This document shows, in pieces, positions 36,101 through 51,100 of a stretch of DNA of 64,000 nt. The stretch is from NCBI GenBank assembly GCA_030141605.1, contig JAQGDQ010000017.1, positions 1,295,188-1,359,187 of the forward strand, read 5' to 3'. The translations under genes were made by a program, and so were the position numbers. This stretch comes from Tubiluchus corallicola. Its lineage: Eukaryota > Animalia > Priapulida. The first letter of the stretch is position 1. Every line of letters begins with the position of its first letter. A model generated the notes under the pieces. The model was not told the DNA's origin. It did not search any database and saw only the letters and a program-made list of their open reading frames with translations.

Positions 36101-39100
36101 GGAAAAAGTTTTCACATCTATAAAAGTATACTTTTTTCAACAATAGATGGCAACACAAGTCTTTTAGATCTGGTCACACAGTCTGATGAGAAAATAGCCA
36201 AGTTGGAACTTCAATTGCAGGAGTGTAGCGGTATGTGACATTTTTCAGTTAGTGTGGTTTTGCAATTAATTTATTTGATGAAGTGATGTAATGTACTTCC
36301 GATATTTTGTGTTAAAATAAAAGACAATAGTATTGATGTTAATTAACCTAATTTATCTTGTGTTAACACACTGATTACCAATTGCAAGTATATTCACACT
36401 GGGTGGTGTTCCACCCACTGCTACTATGAGTACACCATGTAGTTGATTAAATGACATCTATACCCCAAACCAAAAAACTTAGCAGTTCAAGCATAGCACT
36501 CGTATGTGTACTGGCCTGATACTATCAAAGCAGAATTTAAATATAACCAGTTATTTGTGCCATCGTATGCCAGTTGCCAGCTACATGTTATCTCGTACTT
36601 GAGAAAAAACACTAGGCTAATGACATGGTGGTGAACTTGTTAGCAAAACTTCGGCAGTAGGTTATATTGGGGTAATGTTGGCCACATTTAGATTTTTTCA
36701 ATGATGTAAAACTATATTTTATAAATACTATATGTGTGTGTGTGTGTGTGTGTGCGTGTGGGTGTGTGTGTGTGTGTGTGTGTGCGTGCGCATGTGCGTG
36801 CGTGTGTGAGTGTGTGTGCGTACAAATACAATATAAATATTTTATATATGTTATAAGAAGGCAGCATGTGGCCTAATTTGAGTGTATAAAAACTGGATGA
36901 CCGACATGATGGCCGACATTGCCCACTATAATCTATTATGTTTTACACTTTTTTTGTTAGACTGATCCCAAATAATCAATACACAAAACCTCAAAGTCTG
37001 TTGATATGACCAGTAATGACTTTAATTTTATTCACCTTAGAAGCAGCTTTCACTGTAGTATCATATATAATATGCTACATTTTTTATTCTAGAATTGAGC
37101 TTGCAACTTGAGACCGAAAGGGCTGAAAACAGGATTTTAAAAGAGAGTATACAAACATTAGAGGTAGGTCTTGGTGCCTTTATTATAAATATGTATTTTG
37201 ATAAAAAATGTATTCGTTTTTTATTGTTTACTTTTTTATTGGTGTCTGTAACGTCAATCTTTGTCATGTGTCTTCCACTCAGAAATGTGATGGGAGAATT
37301 GAATTTGGAAAGAAAATTTAGGCTCATAGTGTTAGTGTTTTAGTGATCTAAGGCATTTATGACTATTGCAGGTTCCGTTCTACCATCGAATGATTTTCAC
37401 AGTTCCAGGTTAAGTTACCCAAAAGATATTTTTTAAATTTTCTTCTTGAAGTAATACAAGTTGAAATCAGTTTACTATATGTTTATGTTTTTATTTATGT
37501 TTTTACAGAAACAGTATAAAGATCAGGTAACTTCTCTGGAAGATGAGGTTGCCAAGGTTACAGACAAACTACGAAAAAAGCAGGAAAGTTTGGTACAGCT
37601 GCAAGAGGAGAAGGAGAAGCTCTACACTACAAACAAGTAAGACTTATATACCTGTCTTGTATTTAGATTTCTCATAATACATTATACTAAATTGATATGC
37701 TATCTCTAGCAGTGTGACATTATCACTATGCAGGCTGGAAGTTATGCGAAGTTCATGTTTTAGAAATTAAAGCTGCAGTTATGTCATGAGTCTATTCTTG
37801 CTAAATCATTTAGCTGTGAATCGTTTAGTTGTGTTTACAAAATATAACTTATGAAAATACAAATAAGATTAATCGGATGACTGGCTGAGGAAAAAAAGAA
37901 TTAGTAAATACGGGGTGGTGCATTGCTGGGGTGTACAATACAGAATGAATAAGTAACAGTACACGGCAATATATTACATCAATATATTGCTGAAACAATG
38001 GAGAAACTATCTTATGCTTAGAGTTTAGTGTCAATGTTCGCGTCTCGCACAGCCTGTAATCTTGAGGGGTATGATCACAGCAGTGACTTGAAAAAGATGA
38101 AATTAATTTTTTGATTTCATCCTAATAGTCCAAAAATGCCTCAATTCTGCCTAATACCATGGGGCATTATCCTGGAAGACAGAATGGCTGCTCAGATAAT
38201 AAAAAACATGCCATTGATCAGTATTCAAGAGAAAATTTGTGAGAACATCTGCAAAATATGTTGGAGGATCTTGAATTTTTCGAATCAGTGCTCTAAGCGT
38301 ACACCTCAAAGTTGACACGTCAATTGACACACACTTCGGAAACTGAACAATAACAGCAGTTAACAATTAACAAAATACAAAATATATTTTAGCAATAAAA
38401 TTCCAAAACACTACTAAGTCAAAGATAACAAACACAACCTATATTGTTCAGAATTTTAGTAAAAATGGTTTTAGGTTTTTTAATTGCTGAAAGGTCACCT
38501 GCAAACTAACAAAATTTTCCAAAATTCACGCTGAACCAACTTGCTTCATTTAACTACTAAAGAAAAAGTGCTTTAGGCTGACTGTTGGCTATAGGATACG
38601 GAAGGTAGCTACAAGATTAAGCCTCAAAATTAAGTTTTAGCTATAATAACAGAATAACCTTTTAACATTTAAACTTACAGACAAAGCTTACAACTCACTA
38701 ACATGATCGTGTATCATTTCTTGTTCTGAGAACCTTTCATGCCTTGCCCATTATAGTTTATACTTTCATCTGTCCATTATACTATGAGCCCTATTCAACA
38801 ATGCTTATAAGTCATTCATCACGAAAGTTACCTGCGAATTGGCAAGACAGGTAAATACTTGTCGACCTCTGTTATGGCAGCTTACGTTTTCGTACGACGA
38901 AATATTTACATACACGTAAAAGCCAGCTTCTAGGAATCAGCATGTGTATTGAGTTAATTGTTATTATAATGGCTTCAGTAGCTGAAACGATTGTCAAAAC
39001 TTGTTGAATATCTACGCTTCTGACAGTTCATTACTACGTTGCTTCTAGGGACCAATATGAGAACCTTCAGACATCCAAACAAAGAGAAATTCAGAGTTTG

Positions 39101-42100
39101 CAAGAGCAGCTTGAGAACACTCAGGCGACCGTGACAGAGTTGACGCAATCAGTCGAACAACTTAAACAAGCCGCTGCAGCATCTGAAGACAAGTTGAATG
39201 ATGCGGTGTCGACACTAGAAGAGCAAGTGGGTGTTACATCTTACTTTTCTTTGTACTAATAATGACAAAGTGTATTATTAATGATAAGTGCATGTATTAA
39301 TAATAACATGTTAATTGTTATTAGCTATCCAGGTAAATAGCTAATAATTAGGTAACTAACTGGGGTAATCTTCTGTTATAGGTTTATTGATTTTTCTGGA
39401 CTGTCTTATACGTTTCAGTTTTGTAGGTTTGTTTGCTGACAGTTTAAACAACAGTTCTTGATTTGTAGATTTAAATAGACAACATTTGTTTCTACTGCAA
39501 TTCCAAAGTATAAAACAGAATGACTCCTACAAGATGCTTCTGAACAATGTTTGACTAGATCCATGATATGGGAAAGCAAAGTTCCTACCTTTTTTCTAGG
39601 TTCTTTTTATCAAGATAATTTTTGAAATTAGCTTGTCATAATGTCACGTGATATTGTAAACTAGTTGAGCAAGCTTGTCAGCTGAGTTGTGTATAATCGA
39701 CGAACTTGACCACTAGCCCATGCTCGTAAACTTCCATGCTAGTTGCTAGTAAACTGGTACTACTAAATGAGAGTTTTACGTAGAAACAAATTTTTGATAT
39801 AACTTTTTGACTGGTTTAAATACAAAAGGATGTCAAAAGATTTATTTCTTTGTTTACTTTACAACTTGCTAACGGGATGTGTGTAGGATAGCGAAAATCA
39901 CCTACTGCCGATGATGCATTTTTTTATTGCGGTAGTTGCCGCTTAATAAAACCACACGTAATAAAACCAGTCAGATTTTAGAACCAATTTGGTGCGGTTC
40001 TATATTACTCTTGTAGAAACTATTGTTTAGAAAATTCGGTTAATAAAACCAGTGTGCCATTTATAAGACTACATTTTTTGGTAACAAACAGCAAAAGCAA
40101 TAATAAAATGAAAAAAACTAAAATGTATTTTTGGTAGTTTGCTTATTTTTTAAGAAACAGTAGAAATTTAAATCACGTTTCCTAGATTCACCTCCGTTTA
40201 GTTTAAATCAAACTGAAAGTTAAACGCTTGTTTGAAGTGAGCGTAACCGCTCTGAATGTACAGCTGCTAGACTTTAGACTGTTGAATGAACTGTTGAATG
40301 GAACAGAAGCACACAGACTTAGATACATGGGAAAATTATAGTTCTTAGATAGATTTATAGACTACTGCAACCCAGTAGCCAGTGGGAAGTGCCTGAGACA
40401 GAGTGTAGCAGACTTAGCTACAATTTTTTTGCTAATCTACTTATAAAATTTCTAAACCCTTTAGTTTCAAACCAGCTTTCAGACACCTGACTGTCACCTG
40501 TCTGTTCTTTACCTGTGCTGTAAACAGTCAAGTTAATCCACTTAATGTGGGACATTTCTATATAGAGTTTTTGTTGCAATAAAGTATTTCAGTGGTATTA
40601 ACTTCTGTTTTAAACGTTTCTGTCGTTGTATCTTGAAAAAAATTGTCTTGGAGGTGAATGAGAAATCTAACTACTTGTAGTTAAAACTGATAGCCAGTTA
40701 ATAAATATATTTTTAAAAACTATTGTAAAAATGAAGTGTTTTTCTAAACACATGTGCGTACAACGGGACCCTACGTAATAAAATCACCGTTCATCCAAGA
40801 CCACTTTTTGCTGGTCCCGTGGTGGTTTTATTAAGCAGCGGCTACTGAAGTATCAACTGTGGTTGGTTATTGACTTTAGCGATTTACTATGAATTCTGTG
40901 ACTTTAAAAATTATAGCTTAATTCCTGAATTGCTTTGCTTACTGCTAATGGCCAACATGGCATTTTGCATACTTTCTTTGATATTTCAAGTTGTTGGATA
41001 TAATATAAGTTACTATTAGTGCATACAAATACTTTGCTAAAACACCCCGTGTCCCATTAAAGGCAATTCCTACGACTTCTGTGCACCCTTTCCCAACTCA
41101 AGCCTATCGGTTGTTTCAGGATTAACTAGTTTCTTTTAATTTAGCTAATGAATTCACCTTAGTTAAAACTAAAATTAAATTTGCCTACAATTTTTAAATT
41201 TACTTCAAAAATTAAATTAATATATAATTTTAGATGACTAACAGCTTTGCTCAGAGCATACAACAATTAGAAGATGACAAAACTCGTCAACAGGTAGCAG
41301 CAGCAGAGCTAGAGAGCAAGCTGAAGCATGCGCACAATACTCTTGCTGCTGTGCAAAATAGGGTTGAGGTATGGTTCGTGTTTCTGTGACTTTGAACTAT
41401 GTTTATTCTAGCAACTAGAAACATAATTTTAACCATTACTAAACTTATCAAGCCATTTCTGATGTGTTGATACCATTTGTAAGTTTGGCTTTTGCTAATA
41501 ATTTATTTTTATAATTACTGATAAAGTAATGATAATTACTGATATATGACTGATTACTGGTATAAGTTAAAGAGTTTTCAGGCACTGTTTGCCCAATTTA
41601 TTAGATTTTTCTATTTATGCATTGCAAAATTCTCTGTCAAAGTTTGTGAATCTGGGGTTTCCAATTATTGAACACGAATTCTAGATGTGATTTTTTGCAC
41701 TAAGACTAGCAGTTCATCTGTTTGTCAAATGCGAACAAATTTGTTCATACGTTATTCTAAAAAATGAAGTGTCTGGCTTCTATGTCCATTAATTCAGTAT
41801 TCATACAGAGCGGTTCACAGCCAAGTGGCTTCATGCATATGCTCTGCATGAATGGTTCATGACTATTTGTGTGTATCATTGCTTTAGGCATTTTCAGTCA
41901 CCATTCTGATCCTGGCTGCTTATTTAGGGAAGATATACATTTTTATCCAAATATCTCAAACAAGGTCAATGGCCTCTTAAGGTTACGGTAAGAAAGATAT
42001 GAATTACGAAGATATGAATTACGTATCCAGTGAAATAAAATTAGACTTTCATCCGAACCCAGTTAAGACATCTCTGCTGGTTCAGTGGCTCATGTTAGAG

Positions 42101-45100
42101 AGAGTATTAGGGGAGTTTGTCCTTGGTAATGAGCCAGGTTCTGGTCTAGCCACCACTAGCAGAGTTCTCTACCAGAAGGTGAAAATTGTAAAAATGTATG
42201 TAGTTGAAGTAGTGAAATATCTGAATCTATGCATGTAGTTGAAGTGGTGAAATATCCGAATCTATGTATGTAGTTGAAGTGGTGAAATATCCGAATCTAT
42301 GTATGTAGTTAAGGGGTGAAATATCCGAATCTATGGTGAAATATCCGAATCTATAATTTCATGTTAGAATCGATATTAAATTGAAGAAAATTGAATCGTA
42401 TTCGAACGTTTGATGCAGAAACCTAGCCACTGGTATTCACATTTAGTAAATCCTGCCTTTGAATGCTGGTTCTTGGCTTGCAGTATGGTAAAGCGTAAAA
42501 CAAGATTTCGTGTGGTGAAATAACAAGTACAGTACAGTAAATCCTCACTGAACGAGGCTAATGCATTCCAGCAAAATGCAACGTTAAGCGAAATGTTGCT
42601 AAACGAAGTCAAGACTTCCATAGAAAGGAACGTAAAAGAACTGAGATACGTTCCAGAGACAAAAATCAATGCTGCTTAAATCATATAAATTAAAGGTTTT
42701 ACTCATGTTTCTACTGATTAATTTCTTTCTACTTGCTTGAAACCACCTATATATCTCACCTAGACAGTGATTAAACAGTAAACACTGCAGCAGAGTCAAA
42801 ACCAACCCCTGGTCGACCTTGGGAATTTTATCTAGTCTGGTTACTATAACAACAGGTTCATGCAAAATTCAATGCTCCTAGTACTCGCTTGACACAAATG
42901 GCTAGCATTTAGTGATCAGTCGGGAAGCAAAAACGTATGTACTTGTATAATAATTGCACTGTTTACATTACTTGTGCACTTTTTAAATATAATAAGGCAA
43001 TATATACTGTTGTAGTGCATCAAATTAGGTAATAAACTGGTGATAAAACAAAAATTGGTGGCTTCAAACAAAGTAAAATTTGTCGTTAAAATGAAACAGT
43101 GCGTTGTTAAGTGAAAAAAGGTGTCAAATGTTCAGCATCATTAAAGCGAAACATCACTAAACGGTGAGTCGTTAAGCGAGGACTTGCTGTATATCGAAAT
43201 TCACAGGCTTGGTTTGCAATTTCAGGGGCCATTCGTGTAGAGTTTTTTGCCCATGTACCATTCTTACCAAATTTAAATTTGATTGACCTTTATTAATTTG
43301 AATAGCTAATAAATCAGCTAATTGTGATTCAACAGGAATTAGAGAAAGAAAAGAGCAGCTTGAATGAAAAACTTGAAGAAGTGGAAGAGGAGAGAGATGG
43401 ACTGAATAAGATGTATGCAGAACTAAATAAGGTAAAAGCTAATGATTTTATATTACCTATTATTGGTGTGATTCACATCAATGCATTGTTGGATAATTTA
43501 TCAAAAAATGTTTTATCAATATTGTAGCATCCTTCATGACAATTATTCACTAAACTATACATTCTTCATGCAATGCTGAGTTCCGTTGTCTAATTGTAAT
43601 TGTAAAGCATTTTAAGTAACCATTTTTCTTCAGTAGGTATATTTTATCAATAATTTGCATCTTGTGGACATTGCGCCAATATCAAATGTGGAACAAAAAT
43701 TGTATGTACCAAACCATATTAAAAAGTAAGACTTATATTCATACTTGTAATTTAAAATAAGCAGACTTCTGGAGCAGTGCTGCTTTTACAAACTGAAACA
43801 AAAACATGGCAAATCTTACCATATCCATTGCACTCAGTAATTTCCATCGGTCATTTTCTAACGTGACGTGGGAATCTGTAATTGTTCATGAATTTTGCAG
43901 GTAGCGGAGAAACGTAAGGCCCTTCTTGACGATCTTGCAATTAGACTCCAACAAACAAGCGATGAACATGCGGAAATGATGAGTAAAACGAAACGTGAAC
44001 ATGAAGAACAAATCAACACTCTTCAAGCTAGCCTAACATCCGAACGAGTAATAACTTCGTCATATATGTAGACTTTGTCTATTTGTCATTATATACTCGA
44101 CATTTTAAGTGTTGCGTAATTATTTCTTGCATAATTTTTCTGCATTGCAAATATTTAGCACTTAGAAGCAAATTGTTATCGAAGATAATCAGTGGTTGTT
44201 TATATTAATTTATTGTTTAACAACTACTTAAGCCTAATCTTGGTTATAATACTTTACAACAGACATTTTACAAGTATCAACTATAAAACAGGATTTCTGG
44301 TATTCTATCAGAAATCGAACGCTCTGCATAAAGACTGCAAATTTCAGTTATTTCTGCCCTATAAATGTGATAAAATGCTTTAAAAAGAGTCAACAATTGT
44401 ACTTTTCCAGAAAACGTAGTGTTCAAAATGTCTAATTTTCGTCATGTCAGGCAGTGTGTAAGGTACGAAATTGCTTACATGCTTTTTCAGTTTCCACACT
44501 GAACTGTTGCATCCAGCATTGCCTTTACTACATTGTTCCTTGCCAAGAACAACAGTTTATATGTGGGGTAAAAACTGCCAAATATTGTGGCACATGTTAG
44601 TGATATGTTTCATTACTTTAATGTCGTAGGTAAAAACGTCCGAGCTTAATAAAAGCAAGGAAAAGCTTGAGGAAGCACAAGCACTGGTTCGTTCCCTGGA
44701 AAGCTCAAAAAGCTGGCTCGAGCGCCGCCTGGAGGAGGAGGAAGCAACTAACATTCAGCAGCGTGAAGAAGCAAGTATATCCGCACAACAGGCTGAGCAT
44801 AAGCACGTGGAGGCTATTGCCAGACTGACTTTAGAACATGAAATGACGTTACAGGTGAGTTAAACCTGTTTAAAGCAGCACAGTAATAGTTAAAAAACAC
44901 TTTTTTGACATTTTTGAATACATTGTGTGATATTTTGGACAAGGCGATTTTCCCATTGACAATAATATAAGAGCAAAATGGCAAAGTACTAAAATTTAAA
45001 AAATGCAAAAATTCATATTAACTAATGTGTCCACATTTTAAGCTACATTACGGGTAAAGTGCTTTCTCAAAAATATATAATGTTCATAGATTTATCATTT

Positions 45101-48100
45101 AAGTGTCGCGCATGTATGCAGGACAATGGCATTCCACACTTACTGGTATAACACCCGTGTCCTTGGATATGTAAACAAAGCTAGTGTAATCAGCTGTTTT
45201 GCGTGCATGCGCTGGATGAAATGACAAAAATGTTACATGTAGATATGATCAGCTTTGTTTATCCTGCTTGATATGAAATGTGATTTCTTTTTCATAAACA
45301 TTTATATTTTGAACTGTGTTGTAAAAGAATTGTTTATAAATTTCTTGGTAAAACTCATAGCGGCACCTAACTAATCTCACACTATCAAGCTAAATTTCTA
45401 GCTTAATAAATGTCATGTTGTAAAAACATGTTGTTAAATTTGTAGCTTAATAAATATCATGTTGTGAAAACATGTTGTTAAATTTCTAGCTTAATAAATA
45501 TCATGTTGTGAAAACATGTTGTTAAATTTCTAGCTTAATAAATATCATGTTGTAACAACATGTTGGTAAATTTCTAGCTTAATAAATGTCATTTTGTAAA
45601 AACATGTTGGTAAATTTCTAGCTTAATAAATGTCATGTTGTAAAAACATGTTGTTAAATTTGTAGCTTAATAAATATCATGTTGTGAAAACATGTTGTTA
45701 AATTTCTAGCTTAATAAATATCATGTTGTAAAAACATGTTGGTAAATTTCTAGCTTAATAAATATCATGTTGTAAAAACATGTTGGTAAATTTCTAGCTT
45801 AATAAATATCATGTTGTAAAAACATGTTGTTGAATTTCTAGCTTAATAAATGTCATGTTGTAAAAACATGTTGGTAAATTTCTAGCTTAATAAATATCAT
45901 GTTGTAAAAACATATTGATAAATTTCTAGCTTAATAAATATCATGTTGTAAAAACATGTTGATAAATTTCTACCTTAATAAATATCATGTTGTAAAAACA
46001 TGTTGAAAAATATTGTACAATCTAAAAAGTATCAAGACTTGTTTATGTCATAAAAAATTTTATTTAGTTTCTCTGAACATTTAGTTTTGAGATTTCACTT
46101 TTCTTCTCAAAAAGTTGTTAACTTAAGTGAAGAAATTTGAGTCTGTAGATTCGTGTACTCTCTGCTTTGTAACAAAATCTTTTGACTTAAATTTTAGGAC
46201 TTGAGTCAGAGAATTGAAAAACAACAAGGAGACATTGATGAACAAAAGAAAACTATTATAGGTTTAAAACAGCAGATAAAAGATGGGCTAGAAGAGCGGA
46301 AAATACATGAGCGTAAAGGTGCTCAAATGGTAAGCACGTTCTATTGTTTAGGTGTTTTCAGTGTTACAGTTAGAGGTGTGAAGCTCGTCACATATTATTG
46401 TACGTTCTTTAAGCCTGCCATATGTTTTTCAAATGAAAAAATTATTGATGTTCGCTGCTAACATAGATTATTGTTGTCTTTGTTCGTATAAGTATAATTA
46501 TCAGATGAAATAATTTTAAAATAATAATGCCTCATTGGATGCAAAAGGCACATCAAGCATTATATGTATACAGCACAACAATTTAAAAAAAACAAATATT
46601 TTTAGTTTACAGTAATCAAATAGTGTTATTTGTCGCACACGACTTTGAATATGTTAAATGGCATTTATAATACTCTAATGTCCAGGCCTGATTGTCTTAG
46701 CTGGTTTGTAGCACAGCCTAGTATAAGTCCTCTAGTGTGACATTCTAGATAAAGCACATTTGCAAGAGAAGTATAGCTTACTGAACTCGTCTAGAGACAG
46801 AGTCACTTTTATTAATTTTTCTAAAGGCACTTCAATCTTGTAGTGGAACTTTGGAACTAATTGTTGTTTTGTGAAGTACTCAGAAGTAGTAAAGTAAGTG
46901 CTGAATAGTTGATTGGTTCAAACAGTAATTGCAGAAAATCTTGTTTAATGTGAGTGTTTAACATTTCAGGTAAAGGATTTAAAAAGACAACTGCACGGTG
47001 AGAGAAAACGGGCCGAAAAACTACAAGAGAAACTACAAGAATTCCTAAGTGACAGTCAGCATAACAGAGGATGTAAGTAGTATGCTTGGACCTAAAAAAT
47101 ATTGTTTGGTAACCTGACTAAGTTCAATCAAATGCAGTGGCGTAGCTAATAAGGGAGGAATGGGAGCAACCGCCACCCCTGAGCACATTTTTCAAAATTG
47201 ACGCCTTTTCAACAAACTGCCTTATTACTTTATTTGACCAACGTGCCTCCCGTGTTTCTGAAATGAGCATGCATTTATGCAATTCATTTGTCAAGGTTGA
47301 CTGACTGAACAAGGGATTAAATTGCCCCCAAATGTAATTATTATAATATATTCTTGTCACACAATTGTCTAGTAGTAGGCCTTGCATACAAGTCTCAGTA
47401 TCTTTACGTTGTATTATGACGGTGTTGTATCACGTCACCTTTAATTATGTGCTTGCTCTGCTTATTTTACTCCCTGGCTACACCAAACCCTGATCAAATA
47501 AACAGAGATAATTTCAGTCTAAGAGTCTGTGCTACTTCTCAATGAAAAGTCAAAACGTGTCGCACAGCATTAGCGTGCTGATTATACTTTCTGTAGTACA
47601 GTAGTACTAGCTAGCATACACATTGTTCACTATGATTTAAAGAAAATAAATAAAAAAGTAAGAATCCTGCCTACCGACCCGTTTGATTTTTTGAACATTA
47701 CCCTAACCAAACATATTTTTTGCCCTTAGTAGTATTATTAGTCAGTCTTTGTGCCACTTTTGTGCCAAAGAAGTAAGAACACAGCCATTCTACTTCTTTA
47801 TGCTTTGACAAGATAAGACGTTTATGCTTTAGTAAATTATCTACAAGCAGCTGAGAAAAAAATCTAAGAAATTGCTGCTGTCCATGTCAGCGCATTTGCT
47901 TTTGTTATATGCTGCTCTTAGGTTACTGAGTATTTTAGATTTCGGTTTTAGGGACTGGTATTTCTGTTATATTTTCCGTCATGTGAAATGCATACTCTGA
48001 TTATTCAAAAGTAAAGCTGGTTTTTAAAACTATGTGACTTTTTGGCAGAACCAATGAAATTTTCAGCTAAATTGACCAAACTGTATTCAAAGTGCTCCGA

Positions 48101-51100
48101 ACTTATTAAGCAGTAATAAAAGTGCTTATATTTACAGTGGATAAATTAAATTTCGAATGTTTATTTTGTATTAATTTCCCCTCCTTTGAAAGATGAATAA
48201 TTGTTCCTGTATTGATTAGCTTCTTATCTAGAATTTTTCAATTTTTTTCTAGATCTTTCATTAACTAGAACGTACATTAACTTTCAAAGGAGAGATCAGT
48301 TAGTTGTTTGTTTAATAGCCCATTTTTTATTTCAGCAGTAGAGGAACTCTTCCAACCAGTCGAACCAGCTAGTCGTATCAAGAACGATGCAAGTAGTGTG
48401 TCTTCTTGGAGTATGTTGAGTGGTAGTCACGGCACTGAGCGATCGCCTAGAGATGAACGAACGGTAATTATATTATTTATATTATTTTCATTCTACTAAC
48501 CATAAACAGTGACTGTATTATTATTTTTTTATTTTTGGTGTATGGTCTATTATATCCCATGAAATATTTGTTATGCAGAAATAGTTATTTTTATGCATTT
48601 AAGCTATATGTTAATATTGCGTTTTCCATAATAGTATTGATCAAAAGGCTATTACTGGAAATAGGGAATAATACTAACTTTCCCGCCTCTCCGTGATACA
48701 CATATTTTAGTGCTTTTTCACGTCGCGTGAATTATAGTGTCCCGTAGATATTGTCCAGGCTCAAATTGCTGCCATCCGATATAAATTTGCAAGTTTTTTG
48801 ACAATTTTGACAAAATGTTTTCCTAAATAAAAATTTTCTGTTTATGCTTAGATGCTTAAGAAGCGTATTATCAATTCTGTAGTTTTTAATTGTTTTTTGT
48901 TATTATACATTGGTTTCTAGGGAATCCACTAGACTTGCTTCATACGCTCTCCCATTGAATCATACAAATGGAAGAAATTAGAAAATCTAAAAAAATTTGC
49001 ACCTTCAGTGAGGGACGAGCCAAAGACCTTCTGCATTTCAAGCAGCTATTCTCTTTGTTACACATTTTGTGACTCTATCTCTAAAAAATGTTTTAAATGC
49101 AAGTGTTTTGTAGAAGTGAAATATGCTGTACTTCAGCAAAAACAGGCTTTGTGCTGTTGACCCATTGGACAACAATATTTTAGCATTTCTTAGTCTTACT
49201 GTAGTAAACTTTCTTGTTCTTATCATAGTCACCATCGAGAGAGACACCGCCGTTCCAGCTAGAAGATGAAAATGCAGAGCTTATGAAGAGAGTTGCAACT
49301 CTACAACAAGAAAATGCTGACTTAAATGAACGAGTAAGAACACATGAAACTTTTAACTTTTTTCTCAGTAAACTGTACATGTTAATCATTGAATCATGTC
49401 ACTTGAATACATAACCCCAACCATGCCAAATCTAGGTACATTTGCCTTTGAGGTGCTTCTTGCATTCAGAAACATTGCATTAACTATTAGGCCACTTTTT
49501 TATATTTTTATGGTTCTACTAAATTGCAATCTTCGAGTGCAAACGCAACGAAAGCTTGTAAAATCAAATGCTTGTCGCCAGTGCTGATTTTCTCTGGTTA
49601 GTGCACACAACGAACACGGGACAGAATGCTGATTCTTTTGCTTTGACTGACTCTTGCATTAGAAGAAAGTTTTTAGATGATGCGTCAAAAACTGTACAGA
49701 AGAGAACTAGAGAGAACGCATTACCTAATCTGAGCCTCAGATCAGATACAAACAAGTATTACCTAAAATTTAATGTCTATAAGAATATCAGTTTTAAAGC
49801 ATAATCATTAGTACTGATGTTGATTGTAGTTTTTCTTTTCTTGATTGATATTATGTTTGACAACTCTAATATGTTTGTCAGACTACAAAAATTGCTTCTT
49901 ATTGAAATACTTGTTTGCACAGTAACTCTGTAAAAAAGTCTTCTTTGTCACAGTGTTGTTATTACTTCCTTTCTCAGCGTTATTCTTCATGTAATAAATT
50001 TTATCAGTTTTTAATATTGTGACATCACAATAAATATTCTTACTTCATATTCTAAATTTTTACGAAAACAAAACAGAATGCAATAAAACAGTAACCATGC
50101 TTTGTGTTCTGGACTAGTTAAGGTATTTTGTCTAAAAACTGTCATGTCACACCAGCCATTTTTACCTCGTGTTTCAAGAAAAAAATTAAGTGCACTATGC
50201 AAGACCATCTTCTGTGTGCCTCTAACTTTCTTAATTATTTCTAAACATTTATAATTTTTCATTGTTTCTCCCTAGGTGGCACACTTGGAAATGAGTAGTT
50301 CGGCAATGGCAGAAGACGTACTTCAGAAAACCCTGATAATTGAACACTATATTACTGGATCTCGAATAGGTAACTGTTATTTCATTAAAGGAAAACAGGC
50401 TGAGTCTTCATATCCTTCTCCATTTTGATGTGCATTAAGTATACGTTTTAACACCTATAACAATGCCAAAGCGTTTATGCCTTTGCTAGTTTACTATTAT
50501 TTAGAGCACTATCACGAAAATTAGCTTTTTTTGTATTCAAAAATCTGTTATTTCGTCAGGAGTCAAACGTTCTAATGCTCTTAATTGTGAAACAGCCTGA
50601 ATAGCCGTAAGAACTATGCATTAGATTAGTATTTAAATTTGGTGTATAATTATAATCAAGTTGATGTTTTTGGGATTGGAAGGATTGGATAAAGTTGCAT
50701 CAAACTAAATAAGCTTCTGTGCAAAAAATCTCATGAGACACTTTGATATGAGATTTTGTTTTACAAGAATGCCAAACCAGGCAGTAATGAATTATGATCC
50801 ACATCAATTATCAAACTTTATCATTGGTCTAGTTGACCGTAAAGGGAACATGGAATTTCATAATCACAAAATTTACCAAGTTTTCACAGCGCTGTAAATA
50901 ATAGCTTTTCAAATCAATTTTTTCTTCTCTTTAGATCAGGTACAGCGTTCACCATCTCATCAGGAAAAGATGGGGTTGAACAGGTTCAAGCACAGCGTGG
51001 TCGATTTTGTTACTAACCGGTCAGATGAGAATCAGAAGGAGTTGAATAAGAAGCTACAACACATGCTAGAGGAGACACTGACCAAAAACATATATTTGCA

